This document shows, in pieces, positions 9,922-19,578 of a stretch of DNA of 64,000 nt. The stretch is taken from the NCBI GenBank assembly GCA_017513085.1, contig JAFWDK010000029.1:64001-128000 (forward strand), written 5' to 3'. This stretch comes from Clostridiales bacterium. Lineage in GTDB: Bacteria > Bacillota > Clostridia > Saccharofermentanales > Saccharofermentanaceae. The notes below the pieces were generated by a model. The model ran no database searches, was not told the DNA's origin, and was given only the letters and a program-made list of their open reading frames with translations. Numbering within the stretch: position 1 is the first letter of the stretch; each line of letters opens with the position of its first letter. The translations under genes were made by a program, and so were the position numbers.

Positions 9922-10698
9922 ATGGTTGGCATATATTTGAGTGGAACAGGAAATACGAAGCATTGTTTAGAGAAGCTGCTTTCTGTTATAGATCCGAAAG
10001 CGGAAATGATCCCGATCGAAAACCATGATGCGGTCAGTAAAATCGTAGACAATGATGAGATCATACTTGCCTATCCGACACAGTTTTCAAATGTGCCGTA
10101 TATGGTGAAAGATTTTATCCAAAAGAATGAGAAACTTTGGGACGGAAAGAAAGTATTCTGCATGACCACGATGGGTGCTTTTTCCGGAGACGGAGCAGGC
10201 TGCTCGGCAAGACTTCTGAAAAAATACGGTGCGAAGATCCTGGGCGGGCTTCAGGTCAAAATGCCGGATTCTGTCTGCGACAGCAAGATGTTGAAGAAAC
10301 CGTTTTCTGTGAATCAGGAACTGCTGAGAAAAGCAGATGAAAAGATAGAACAGGTAGGAATAAAGATACGTAATGATGGAACATATCCAAGAGAAGGATT
10401 AAGCATCTTCGCACATATGGCGGGACTGTTCGGCCAACGGCTCTGGTTTTACGGAAAGACGAAAAACTACAGCAAGAATTTGAAGATCAACGATTCGTGT
10501 ATCGGTTGCGGACTTTGTGCAAGAAAGTGTCCGATGCAGAACATATCGATTACGGATGGACGTGCACATGCTAAAGATCAATGTGCGATGTGTTACCGGT
10601 GCATCAGTTTGTGTCCGCAAAAGGCCATCACGCTTCTCGGAAAAGAAGTGGTCGAGCAGACACGATATGAAAAGTTTGCATGCAAGAAGAACACCTGA
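9922..10698 (+). CDS. EFR1-type flavodoxin-fold/4Fe-4S ferredoxin protein
   Basis: SGTGNT flavodoxin loop; CIGCGLCARKCP and CAMCYRCISLCP clusters. Confidence 0.9.
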   Translation: MVGIYLSGTGNTKHCLEKLLSVIDPKAEMIPIENHDAVSKIVDNDEIILAYPTQFSNVPYMVKDFIQKNEKLWDGKKVFCMTTMGAFSGDGAGCSARLLKKYGAKILGGLQVKMPDSVCDSKMLKKPFSVNQELLRKADEKIEQVGIKIRNDGTYPREGLSIFAHMAGLFGQRLWFYGKTKNYSKNLKINDSCIGCGLCARKCPMQNISITDGRAHAKDQCAMCYRCISLCPQKAITLLGKEVVEQTRYEKFACKKNT

Positions 10699-10969
10699 GA
10701 TCGATTTTGAGTGGAATCCTTGGTGAGTGGTAACGTTGTCGCGTCTGAACTGTTTAATGGATGTAGGACAACATCCAAGACAGGAACAGGCAGGAGAGAT
10801 AAAACTGCTTCGGATATTCTTCTGTACCATCTTAAATCCGATGAGAGGTGTTGATCTTCCTCTTGTTCCACGGACTACAAGAAAAGACCCTGTGACCTAT
10901 CCCGGTTACAGGGCCTTTGGCTAAGCGGTGTAAGTTTCGTATTACAATTTCATGAGTCGGTCGCCATGA

Positions 10970-10998
10970 TTGACATGTGATTTTTCTAGGAGTATGAT
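10970..10998 (+). promoter_or_regulatory. sigmaA promoter of leader peptide/GNAT transcript
   Basis: TTGACA-17 nt-TATGAT. Confidence 0.75.
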
Positions 10999-11022
10999 GA
11001 ACAAAAATCAGGAGGCGGGACG

Positions 11023-11109
11023 ATGCGTAATAACGTAACAACGAAGTTTGCTTGTTGTGAGTGTGCTTGTGACATGAAGTCATATGGCATTGTTGTTGCG
11101 TCGAGATAA
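11023..11109 (+). CDS. Putative 28-aa Cys-rich leader peptide MRNNVTTKFACCECACDMKSYGIVVASR
   Basis: AGGAGG 7 nt upstream of ATG; lies between the promoter and a terminator that precedes the GNAT gene. Confidence 0.6.
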   Translation: MRNNVTTKFACCECACDMKSYGIVVASR

Positions 11110-11135
11110 TCCGTTATATCAGATCAAGTTACACC

Positions 11136-11168
11136 AAGGCCATTTATCTTTTGATAAGTGGCTTTTTT
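11136..11168 (+). terminator. Intrinsic terminator/attenuator upstream of GNAT
   Basis: GCCATTTATC-TTTT-GATAAGTGGC followed by TTTTTT. Confidence 0.75.
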
Positions 11169-11190
11169 ATTTCCCAAGGAGGTGAATGAT

Positions 11191-11694
11191 ATGGAAAGCA
11201 TTACCATACGAAGAATGACAATTGAAGATGCTGAAGCCGTTACCGATGTTCTGATCAAGACCTGGCAAACGGCATACCGCGGGATCGTCAGTGACGAGTG
11301 CCTGGATCATATGGACAGACCTACACTGATCGAAAGAAGAAAGAGGCAGTACAAGGATTATATCGTTGCGGTCGTCGAGGGACGGATCGTAGGTTTCTGC
11401 TGGTATGTGAATGATAATTCTTTTTCAAAAGAGGAAGCGGGAATAGACAGTGAGATCGTCGCCATTTATGTGCTGCCTGAGTCGGAGAGAAATGGTGTAG
11501 GCAGAAAGATGTTCTCTTACGCGGTGGATGATTTGAAGGCGCAGGGTAGAAAGAGAATGGTGATCTGGTGCTTGAAAGATAACTCTTCCGGTAGAAACTT
11601 TTATGAAAAGATGGGCGGAGTGATCATGGGAGAGCATAAGACACATATCGGGAATCTCGACTATGATGAAGTAGGCTTTCTGTTCGAACTCTAA
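11191..11694 (+). CDS. GNAT family N-acetyltransferase
   Basis: AIYVLPESERNGVGRKM motif A; WCLKDNSSGRNFYEKMG; RBS AAGGAGGTG. Confidence 0.92.
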   Translation: MESITIRRMTIEDAEAVTDVLIKTWQTAYRGIVSDECLDHMDRPTLIERRKRQYKDYIVAVVEGRIVGFCWYVNDNSFSKEEAGIDSEIVAIYVLPESERNGVGRKMFSYAVDDLKAQGRKRMVIWCLKDNSSGRNFYEKMGGVIMGEHKTHIGNLDYDEVGFLFEL

Positions 11695-11744
11695 TAGGTA
11701 AACCAAAGGACTGCGGAAGACAGAACGGCGCAGGCCTTTCTGAT

Positions 11745-12638
11745 TTAGATACTGTTTTGCAAAGTTTCACGCTTTAATTCGAGCGCGGCTAAGCTTAATG
11801 GACGGCTTTTGTCCTGAAGGAGCGAGATGCTTCTAGATGGCAGTTTTTCGGTCATCGGAATCGAAAAGACCTTCTTGCGTTCAATAGATGGCACAGCCAG
11901 TTCTTTTGGAACGAAACCAAGGCCCATACCGTGTTCCACGATCGGGAGGATCTGGTCGGTCGTGGTAACTTCGATCGAGGGCTTAAGTATAATGTCCGCT
12001 TTTAGGAAAAGATCGGTCAGATACTGAAAAGAAGTGGAGTCGTGACTTTGCGTGATGAGTGGATATTGAGACAGATCCGCAAGAGATTGTTTGCGTCGCG
12101 AAAGAGCGCGATACGGCTCGCCGCCGATGAGGATCTCCTGGAATGATTTGACGTGAGTAGCTTCGAGTGAATCAGAGATCTTAAGGGGCGAAGAAATGAT
12201 GGCGAGGTCGACCAGACCCTGTTCAAGTGCTTTGACACCTTGAGGGGTCGAGTGGTTGTAAACGCGGATACGGATGCCGGGATGCTTGGCCTTGAACCGC
12301 TGGAGGATCGGGAGCATGAGAACATGAAGCGCAATTTCGCTGATGGAAACGGATACACTGCCGCTCTCGAGGAGACGGTCGGAATTGATCTCGTCTTCTC
12401 CTTTTTCGATCTGCTGGTATGCGGCTTCGATATGCGCGAATAGTTTCTCGCCTTCGGGGGTGAGAGTTACGCCCTTTTGAGAACGTACGAAAAGGCGACA
12501 GCCAAGTTCCGATTCAAGCGTATTCATGACACGTGTGATATTCGGCTGGTTGTTATGGAGGGAACGGGCGGCTTGAGTGAAGCTCCCGTGCTTCCCGACG
12601 ACGTAGAAGATCTTATAGTATTCCCAGTTGCTGTTCAT
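11745..12638 (-). CDS. LysR family regulator
   Basis: GSFTQAARSL..QPNIT..LESELGCRLFVRSQKGVTLTPEG; divergent from ADH. Confidence 0.93.
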   Translation of the reverse strand: MNSNWEYYKIFYVVGKHGSFTQAARSLHNNQPNITRVMNTLESELGCRLFVRSQKGVTLTPEGEKLFAHIEAAYQQIEKGEDEINSDRLLESGSVSVSISEIALHVLMLPILQRFKAKHPGIRIRVYNHSTPQGVKALEQGLVDLAIISSPLKISDSLEATHVKSFQEILIGGEPYRALSRRKQSLADLSQYPLITQSHDSTSFQYLTDLFLKADIILKPSIEVTTTDQILPIVEHGMGLGFVPKELAVPSIERKKVFSIPMTEKLPSRSISLLQDKSRPLSLAALELKRETLQNSI

Positions 12639-12748
12639 GGTATGCCTCATGTAAATTTTGTATGACTGACATATAAAATATACTTTTTACATATGCTTCT
12701 GCCGACATTATAATCTAATTAAACAATAAAAAACAAGGAGGACTGCAT

Positions 12749-13972
12749 ATGGCACGTTTCACATTACCTCGGGATATTTATCACGGCAAAGGCGCTCTTG
12801 AGGCACTGAAGGACTTCAAAGGAAAGAAAGCTATGATCTGCGTCGGAGGCGGATCCATGAAGCGTTTCGGATTCCTCGACAAAGCAGAGAGTTATCTGAA
12901 AGAAGCAGGCATGGAAGTGGAGATCTTCGATGGAATTGAGCCTGATCCGTCTGTTGAGACGGTCATGAAGGGCGCAGAAGCGATGCTGAAGTTCGAGCCG
13001 GACTGGATCGTGGCAATCGGTGGCGGTTCTCCTATTGATGCAGCGAAAGCAATGTGGATCAAGTACGAGTATCCGGATTGCACTTTCGAAGATATGTGTA
13101 AGGTGTTCGGTATTCCGGAACTTCGTAAGAAAGCTCACTTTTGCGCAGTTTCCTCCACATCGGGAACGGCTACGGAGGTAACGGCTTTCTCAATCATTAC
13201 AGACTACTCCAAGGGTATCAAGTATCCGATCGCTGACTTTGAGATCACACCTGACGTGGCGATCGTGGATCCGGAACTTGCCGAGACCATGCCGAAGAAA
13301 CTCGTTGCTCACACAGGTATGGATGCGATGACACATGCAGTCGAAGCATATGTTTCGACCGCAAACAGCGACTACACAGATCCGCTTGCGATCCATGCGA
13401 TCGAGATGATCATGAACGACCTTGTTCCGTCTTATAACGGAGACATGGAAGCCAGAGACAGAATGCATAATGCACAGTGCCTGGCCGGTATGGCTTTCTC
13501 CAATGCACTCCTTGGTATCGTTCACTCTATGGCACATAAGACCGGTGCTGCTTTTGCAGATTACGGCGCACACATCATCCACGGTGCTGCCAATGCGATG
13601 TACCTTCCTAAGGTAATCGCGTTCAATGCAAAAGATGAGACAGCGAAGAAGCGTTACGGCGTGATCGTGGACTACATGGGTATCGCTGATAAGAATGCAT
13701 CTGATGATGAAAAAGTAGCGGCTCTTATCGCTTATCTTAGAAAGATGAACGATGACCTCAATATCCCTCATGGAATCGGCACATATGGTGCGGACAGTTA
13801 TCCGACAGAGAAGGGCTTCGTTCCGGAGGAAGTATTCCTGGAAAGACTGCATGACATTGCGGTCAATGCGATCGCGGATGCATGCACAGGTTCCAATCCG
13901 CGTCAGCCTTCGGTCGAGGAGATGGAAAAGCTCTTGAAGTGCTGCTACTATGATACGGAAGTGGATTTCTGA
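12749..13972 (+). CDS. Iron-containing alcohol (butanol) dehydrogenase
   Basis: GGGSPIDAAK, STSGTATEVT, GMDAMTHAVE, HSMAH and HGAANA motifs. Confidence 0.95.
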   Translation: MARFTLPRDIYHGKGALEALKDFKGKKAMICVGGGSMKRFGFLDKAESYLKEAGMEVEIFDGIEPDPSVETVMKGAEAMLKFEPDWIVAIGGGSPIDAAKAMWIKYEYPDCTFEDMCKVFGIPELRKKAHFCAVSSTSGTATEVTAFSIITDYSKGIKYPIADFEITPDVAIVDPELAETMPKKLVAHTGMDAMTHAVEAYVSTANSDYTDPLAIHAIEMIMNDLVPSYNGDMEARDRMHNAQCLAGMAFSNALLGIVHSMAHKTGAAFADYGAHIIHGAANAMYLPKVIAFNAKDETAKKRYGVIVDYMGIADKNASDDEKVAALIAYLRKMNDDLNIPHGIGTYGADSYPTEKGFVPEEVFLERLHDIAVNAIADACTGSNPRQPSVEEMEKLLKCCYYDTEVDF

Positions 13973-13977
13973 TCTTA

Positions 13978-15825
13978 TCAGACCAGATAGTTATGCGCCT
14001 GACGGTCGAACATCTCCTTGTATTTTCCGTTCAAAGCCATCAGTTCATCGTGTGAGCCTTGTTCAATGATCTGCCCATGCTCGAAAAGGTAGATACGGTC
14101 AGCCATACGGGTGGTGGAGAGCCTGTGGGAGATGAAGATAACGGTATCATCTCCGGCGTTTTCGATCAGATTCTTGTTGAGCTTATACTCAGATACCGGG
14201 TCCAGAGCTGACGAAGGCTCGTCCAGGATGGAGATCGCTCGGTCTTCATTCTTCAGAAAGACACGGGAAATAGCAAGTTTCTGACCTTCTCCGCCGGAGA
14301 GGTTGACGCCGTTGTCGTCGAATTCGCGAGTCAAAGGTGTCCGGATACCTTCATCGAGAGAATCCAGTTTCTTTCCGAAGTCCGCTTTGCGAAGGGCATG
14401 GATCACATCCGCTTTATCTTTTTCCTCAAATTTCCGAAGCAGTACATTTTCAGCGATCGTTGCCGCGTAGATATTGAAATCCTGGAACACCGCACTGATC
14501 TTCTTTCTGTATTCGTGCGTGTTGTACTCGCGGATGTCGTGACCACCGTACTGAATGCTTCCGTCTGTCACATCGTAAAGACGCATAAGCAGCTTCACGA
14601 AGGTCGTCTTACCGGCACCGTTTTCACCAACGATGGCGATTTTTTCACCAGGATGGATCTCGATCGAAATATCTTTCAGCGTGTCTTTATCCGTATTCGG
14701 ATAGCGGAAGGATACATGCGAAAGAACCAGCGGATCGGATCCTTTGGCAGGAGCAAGACCGTCGGCCACTTCGATATTCGGTTTTTCTTCCATCAGTTTG
14801 ATGAACTTGTCGCCATACTGACCGATCACTTGAAAATCCACCAGACAGTAGTTGATCTCGTTGAGGTTTCTTCTGACGTAATTCGCTGCATTATTAGCCG
14901 ATGCTACTTCTCCGAGTGCGATAGATTTCACGACTAAAGCAAGGTATCCCAAATACGCGGGGATCGCAAAAAACGAAAACACGGTAAAAACAGAGATCCA
15001 GTTCACCAGCGACACCCATGTCAGCGGCGGGCCGTACTTCCGGCCTTTGTCCGCTGCTTCTTTTATAGCTTCGTCGAACTGACGGCGAAGAGGTTCTTTG
15101 ACATCATTCAGCTTACATTCTTTTGCAAATTCCGGCTGGTAGAAAACACGCTGGCTGTACTCTGCTTTGCGGAGATCTTTTCGGCTTTCTATCCACCACT
15201 GGTAATTGATGCTCTCGATCTTGAAACGGGTGAGAAGATTGACGATGAATCCTGCAATCGGGAAAAGCGCCAGCACGGGGTTGATGGTCAGGATCATGGC
15301 GGAAGCGATCAGCAGCGCTACGGCACCACCCAGGATCTGACTGATGATCGTGACTGTGTCTTCGATCAGTCTGTCAGCGCTCTTGGCTACGACAGAATAA
15401 TTATCGTAGTTCTCCGGATCATCGTAGAAGAGGAGATCACGTTTGCTGTTCTTTTCGGACAGGTCGCGCATGATCCGTCCGGTGAGGTGGATCAGTTTCG
15501 CCTTCGCCCATTCATTGAGAAGCTGATGGATCCATTCCAGGATGACCAGCAGGACAAGAGAGATCAGAAGAAGGACAACGATCCTGGAAACTTCTGTATT
15601 GCCGGTAAGACCATCGATGATCATCTTCAGAATGAACGTATCGTTGATCGCCATGCCGCTCTTCAGCAGCACGTTCAGAAGGATGACACGTATGATCAAT
15701 GGCTTATCGTATTTTGCAGCGTACTTGAGCATGTAGAGCACGTTGCTTATCATATGCCGGATCGAGATCTTTTCTTCTTTCTTCTCGTTGTGCTTCGCGT
15801 TTTTGCGACCTTTATCCTTACTCAT
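13978..15825 (-). CDS. ABC exporter, fused permease/ATPase
   Basis: TM domain plus GENGAGKT, LSGGEGQK, ILDEPSSALD, ISHRLS. Confidence 0.92.
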   Translation of the reverse strand: MSKDKGRKNAKHNEKKEEKISIRHMISNVLYMLKYAAKYDKPLIIRVILLNVLLKSGMAINDTFILKMIIDGLTGNTEVSRIVVLLLISLVLLVILEWIHQLLNEWAKAKLIHLTGRIMRDLSEKNSKRDLLFYDDPENYDNYSVVAKSADRLIEDTVTIISQILGGAVALLIASAMILTINPVLALFPIAGFIVNLLTRFKIESINYQWWIESRKDLRKAEYSQRVFYQPEFAKECKLNDVKEPLRRQFDEAIKEAADKGRKYGPPLTWVSLVNWISVFTVFSFFAIPAYLGYLALVVKSIALGEVASANNAANYVRRNLNEINYCLVDFQVIGQYGDKFIKLMEEKPNIEVADGLAPAKGSDPLVLSHVSFRYPNTDKDTLKDISIEIHPGEKIAIVGENGAGKTTFVKLLMRLYDVTDGSIQYGGHDIREYNTHEYRKKISAVFQDFNIYAATIAENVLLRKFEEKDKADVIHALRKADFGKKLDSLDEGIRTPLTREFDDNGVNLSGGEGQKLAISRVFLKNEDRAISILDEPSSALDPVSEYKLNKNLIENAGDDTVIFISHRLSTTRMADRIYLFEHGQIIEQGSHDELMALNGKYKEMFDRQAHNYLV

Positions 15826-17644
15826 AGAAAGCCTGCGCTCCTTTCAGCATTTCTTCCGGTAAGCTGTCCTGATAGTTCTCGGCCTGAAGCATGAACATAT
15901 CGTAGTAATGCTTCTGCTGGTCCATCAGTTCTTCGTGGGACCCTTGCTCCACGACCTGACCGTCTTTCATCATGTAGATCTTGTCTGCCATTCTTGCCGA
16001 AGAGAGGCGGTGAGAAATGAAGATCACGCCTCGCCCGAGAGAGATACGCATCATGTTGTTGTACATGTTATATTCTGCCAGCGGATCCAGCGCCGAAGAG
16101 GGCTCGTCGAGGATGACCATATCCGGTTCATGTGCGAAGACTCTTGCGATGGCGATCTTCTGCGCCTGACCGCCGGAAGGGACAAATCCCTTCTCGTCAA
16201 ATTCACGAGTAACGACGGTATCCAGACCTTTCTCGAGTCCCGGATGATTCACATCAAACTGCGCAGCGATAAGTGCTTTTTCCGCAGCCTTATAATCCTC
16301 TTCGCCGGATGGCTTTCGCATCAGGACATTTTCCACGAGCGGCATAGCGAAAACCTGCAGATCCTGAAAGACCGTACCGAATCTCTTTCTGTAGGATTCA
16401 CCGTCAATGTCGTTGATGTCCTTCCCGTTGACCAGGATCTTTCCGGAGGTGGCCGGATACAGACCCATGATCAGCTTAATAAGAGTGGTCTTTCCGGCAC
16501 CGTTATAACCGACGATCGCCAGCTTCTCGCCTTTGTTCCAGGAGAAACTGACATCGTGGATCGTGCTTTTCTTCGCGCCCGGATAGGTGAAAGATACATG
16601 ATCCAGCTCGATGCTTAAGATCTCGCCGGCATCCGGCTTCGGTTCCGGCTTCTTTCTGTCCTGCTCCAGAAAATCTTCCAGATTCTTAAAGAGGTGGGAG
16701 TCGTTGCTCAACGCGATACGGTTCTCGACCGCATGCTTCAGCTGATCTGTCGAGAAGGCCATCGCCGAGATCATGGCAACATAGCTGGAGATGTCTGCTG
16801 CATCTCCGGACTTGACCTTAAAGACGACGTAGAAATAGGCGGCGATCCCGGCAAGGATCGAGTAGCTTCCTTTCATGAGGAAAGAATAGAATGCGGACCG
16901 CATGCGGTACTTCATCGAGACCTTTGCCATCTGCTCGACCGCGTTCTCCTGCTTATCCAGAAGGATCGAGTTGATATCGAAAAGACGAACCTCGGCGGCA
17001 TATTTTTTCTCGTAGTACACACGGTTTACGTAGTTGACTGTACGCTTGTCGCGGGTGATCGCTTTTTCGCGGTCGAAGTTGCAGATGCCGTTCTTTTTGC
17101 CGTAGTAGAGGCTGACGACCATCGGGATGATCATAAACACCAGAAGGACCGGATCGACCATGACTACAACGGCCAGTGACATGATCGTCGCGCCCACATT
17201 CCCGATATACACACCGGTCGTGATCGCCAGGTCCATCGCGGATTCCGCGCTCCGCTCGAGGGCTCTGGCATAGCGGTCGTAGAACTCCGGATTTTCGTAA
17301 TCCGAGAGCGTCAGGGTGTCGGAGATATCCATTACTTTATAGAAAATGTGCCGGTACACGAGGGGCGTGCGGATCTTTCTATATGTCTCGTACCAGCCGC
17401 AGATAAAGTGCACCACGACGTGGCCGGTGCAGGCGATGATCAGAAACCAGAAGAGCCTTCTATACTCCACACCATGCTCGATGCAGTTGAAGATGTACTT
17501 GGTGAGATATACGAAGAAGAAAACATAGAAGATCTGCTCGATGGAGTTTTTGAATATTGTGAAGATCAGAAGCAGCTTGTCGGACTGCCACACCTGCTTC
17601 AGCGCATAACGCAACTGTTTCCATGTGCTTGGTTTTGATTCCAT
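15818..17644 (-). CDS. ABC exporter, fused permease/ATPase (heterodimer partner)
   Basis: TM domain plus GYNGAGKT, PSGGQAQK, ILDEPSSALD; start set from AGGAGG spacing. Confidence 0.92.
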   Translation of the reverse strand: MESKPSTWKQLRYALKQVWQSDKLLLIFTIFKNSIEQIFYVFFFVYLTKYIFNCIEHGVEYRRLFWFLIIACTGHVVVHFICGWYETYRKIRTPLVYRHIFYKVMDISDTLTLSDYENPEFYDRYARALERSAESAMDLAITTGVYIGNVGATIMSLAVVVMVDPVLLVFMIIPMVVSLYYGKKNGICNFDREKAITRDKRTVNYVNRVYYEKKYAAEVRLFDINSILLDKQENAVEQMAKVSMKYRMRSAFYSFLMKGSYSILAGIAAYFYVVFKVKSGDAADISSYVAMISAMAFSTDQLKHAVENRIALSNDSHLFKNLEDFLEQDRKKPEPKPDAGEILSIELDHVSFTYPGAKKSTIHDVSFSWNKGEKLAIVGYNGAGKTTLIKLIMGLYPATSGKILVNGKDINDIDGESYRKRFGTVFQDLQVFAMPLVENVLMRKPSGEEDYKAAEKALIAAQFDVNHPGLEKGLDTVVTREFDEKGFVPSGGQAQKIAIARVFAHEPDMVILDEPSSALDPLAEYNMYNNMMRISLGRGVIFISHRLSSARMADKIYMMKDGQVVEQGSHEELMDQQKHYYDMFMLQAENYQDSLPEEMLKGAQAFYE

Positions 17645-17746
17645 GTCTAGCATCCTCCTGAAAATAATGTAAACATCTTATCACTCTTCTTTCTGCTGTG
17701 CGTGCTTTTATACCAGCGGGACAACCAGGGAATCGATCGAGCAAAG

Positions 17747-17796
17747 TTGACAGTGTCCTTTTGCGGTGCTACTATGTAGATAAACTACAAATGTAT
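17747..17796 (+). promoter_or_regulatory. blaI promoter and BlaI/MecI/CopY operator
   Basis: TTGACA(17747)-17-TACTAT(17770); TACA-AA-TGTA box at 17786-17795. Confidence 0.8.
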
Positions 17797-17816
17797 TTTA
17801 TGAGACGGGAGAGCAT

Positions 17817-18203
17817 ATGGGCAGTAAGGAAATCAAGAAGCTTCCGGATGCGGAGTTTGAGATCATGCGGGCGATCTGGAGATGCCAGGAGCCGGTGACT
17901 TCGCCGATCCTTACGGAGAAACTCAGGCTCGCTCTTCCCGAGAAAGACTGGAAGCAGCAGACCATCATGACGATGCTGGTCCGTCTGGAAAAGAAAGCAT
18001 TTCTCCGATCGGAGAAAAATGGTAAAGAGAGATACTATTCTCCGGCGGTGTCCGAAGAAGAGTATATGCAGGTTGAAGCGAAAAGCCTCCGCCAGCGCTT
18101 CGGCGGATCTCGTGTCACAGGATTGGTAAAGTCACTTTGCGATGGCGGAGATCTCTCGGAAGAAGAGATATCGGACTTAAAAAAATGGCTCGATGAGCAG
18201 TAA
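17817..18203 (+). CDS. BlaI/MecI/CopY family repressor
   Basis: LPDAEFEIMRAIW, WKQQTIMTMLVRLEKKAFL, RYYSPAVSEEEY. Confidence 0.92.
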   Translation: MGSKEIKKLPDAEFEIMRAIWRCQEPVTSPILTEKLRLALPEKDWKQQTIMTMLVRLEKKAFLRSEKNGKERYYSPAVSEEEYMQVEAKSLRQRFGGSRVTGLVKSLCDGGDLSEEEISDLKKWLDEQ

Positions 18204-18211
18204 GGAGAATC

Positions 18212-19510
18212 ATGGGAAATCTTTTTCAGACGATCGTTCTTAACTCGCTGAATATGACATTGGTAGCACTGCTTCTGATGGCTGTTCTTCGTGCGTTCAA
18301 GACCGTCCAGTCCCCGAAGATCCGGTATTACTCCTGGCTGATCGTGCTTCTTGGATTTCTGATTCCTGTGCGCTTGAATTTCGGCAGAGTTCTTTTGGCG
18401 GTCCCGAAAAACACAGTGGAACTCCCTGTGGCTCTGGGGGCAAACGCCCGCGTCGCGAATGCTTCCGGATCCGGCATATCCATGGATACACTGCTCCTCG
18501 TTCTGACGGGCATATATCTTGTCGGCGTCGTAACTTATCTTCTGGTAGCTTTCAGCCGCTTTTTCCGCTGGAAAAGAACTGTCCTCCGGCTTTCTGCACA
18601 GGACGAAAGATATAACAGCATCCTGTATTTTGTCGCGCAGGATATGGGGATTGAATCGGTTGAACTCCGCTTCTCGGAGATGATCTCTTCACCGATGATG
18701 ATCGGCCTTAGAAAACCGACGATCCTTCTGCCGAACCGGAAATATAATTATCACGAACTCCGCCTGATCCTCAAGCACGAACTGATGCACTTCCGGCATC
18801 AGGATCTCTGGATCAAACTTCTCCTGATCTTCTGCCGTGCTGCACACTGGTTTAACCCGTTTATGGTACTCGTCGCAAGATCCCTCGAGCAGGAGTGCGA
18901 ATACTATTGCGACATGGCTGTCATGGAAGGTGAGTCGGAGCCGATGCGAAAGGTCTATTGTGAATCGATCGTGAATACCCTTGCGGACCAGGTGCAGAGA
19001 AGAAAACAGAATGTCAGACCGGTACTGGCAACGAGTTTCTATTCACCGAAATCAGGACTCAAGCACCGTTTCTCCATGGTGCTTCGGGGGAAGACGAGAA
19101 AGTTCGTGGGTGTCCTGATCCTGGCGGGGATGCTGACCGTCGTGTCCGGATTTGTGCTGGGTGGAAAAAACGAGAATGAGAATGCCGGATCCGCCGGAAA
19201 GATGAATTCGTCAGGTTTTACCGTGACGAGCGAAGAGAAAGTTTCGAATACGGAATGGTCAGAGCAGGAAGTGGAAGAAACGACCTGGACAGAGGAACCG
19301 GGAATAGAAGAAACGACTTGGATCGACGAGAAGGATATAGAAGAAACAACATATTATGAAGAATCCGCCATTTATCTCGAGTCCTCGGAATACGAGTCTT
19401 CCAGGTCGGAGAGCGTCATGTGGACGGGTGAGATGGAGACGGAGAAAACGACACAAGTGGCAGAGACTTTCTTAAGTGAGCCATATGTGGTGAGACCTTC
19501 GGATAGCTGA
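18212..19510 (+). CDS. BlaR1/M56 family membrane metallopeptidase with acidic low-complexity C-tail
   Basis: SPMMIG..KPTILLP, HELMH, HWFNP and ECEYYCD motifs; no penicillin-binding domain follows. Confidence 0.9.
   Translation: MGNLFQTIVLNSLNMTLVALLLMAVLRAFKTVQSPKIRYYSWLIVLLGFLIPVRLNFGRVLLAVPKNTVELPVALGANARVANASGSGISMDTLLLVLTGIYLVGVVTYLLVAFSRFFRWKRTVLRLSAQDERYNSILYFVAQDMGIESVELRFSEMISSPMMIGLRKPTILLPNRKYNYHELRLILKHELMHFRHQDLWIKLLLIFCRAAHWFNPFMVLVARSLEQECEYYCDMAVMEGESEPMRKVYCESIVNTLADQVQRRKQNVRPVLATSFYSPKSGLKHRFSMVLRGKTRKFVGVLILAGMLTVVSGFVLGGKNENENAGSAGKMNSSGFTVTSEEKVSNTEWSEQEVEETTWTEEPGIEETTWIDEKDIEETTYYEESAIYLESSEYESSRSESVMWTGEMETEKTTQVAETFLSEPYVVRPSDS
19271..19369 (+). repeat. Three imperfect 33-bp coding repeats (V/I-EETT-W/Y)
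   Basis: VEETTWTEEPG / IEETTWIDEKD / IEETTYYEESA. Confidence 0.7.
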
Positions 19511-19542
19511 TACACGAGAACGATCTTTTTTTGCTTTTGAAA

Positions 19543-19556
19543 ACTACATATGTAGT
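19543..19556. promoter_or_regulatory. Second BlaI-type operator upstream of the lipoprotein array
   Basis: Perfect palindrome ACTACATATGTAGT containing TACA-NN-TGTA, 22 nt before the ATG at 19579. Confidence 0.75.
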
Positions 19557-19578
19557 GAATGAAAGGACGAGAACCAAT

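Noticed and set aside
10838-10870. CCGATGAG resembling a hammerhead core
   Set aside because: Not CUGAUGA, and no GAAA follows the adjacent stem
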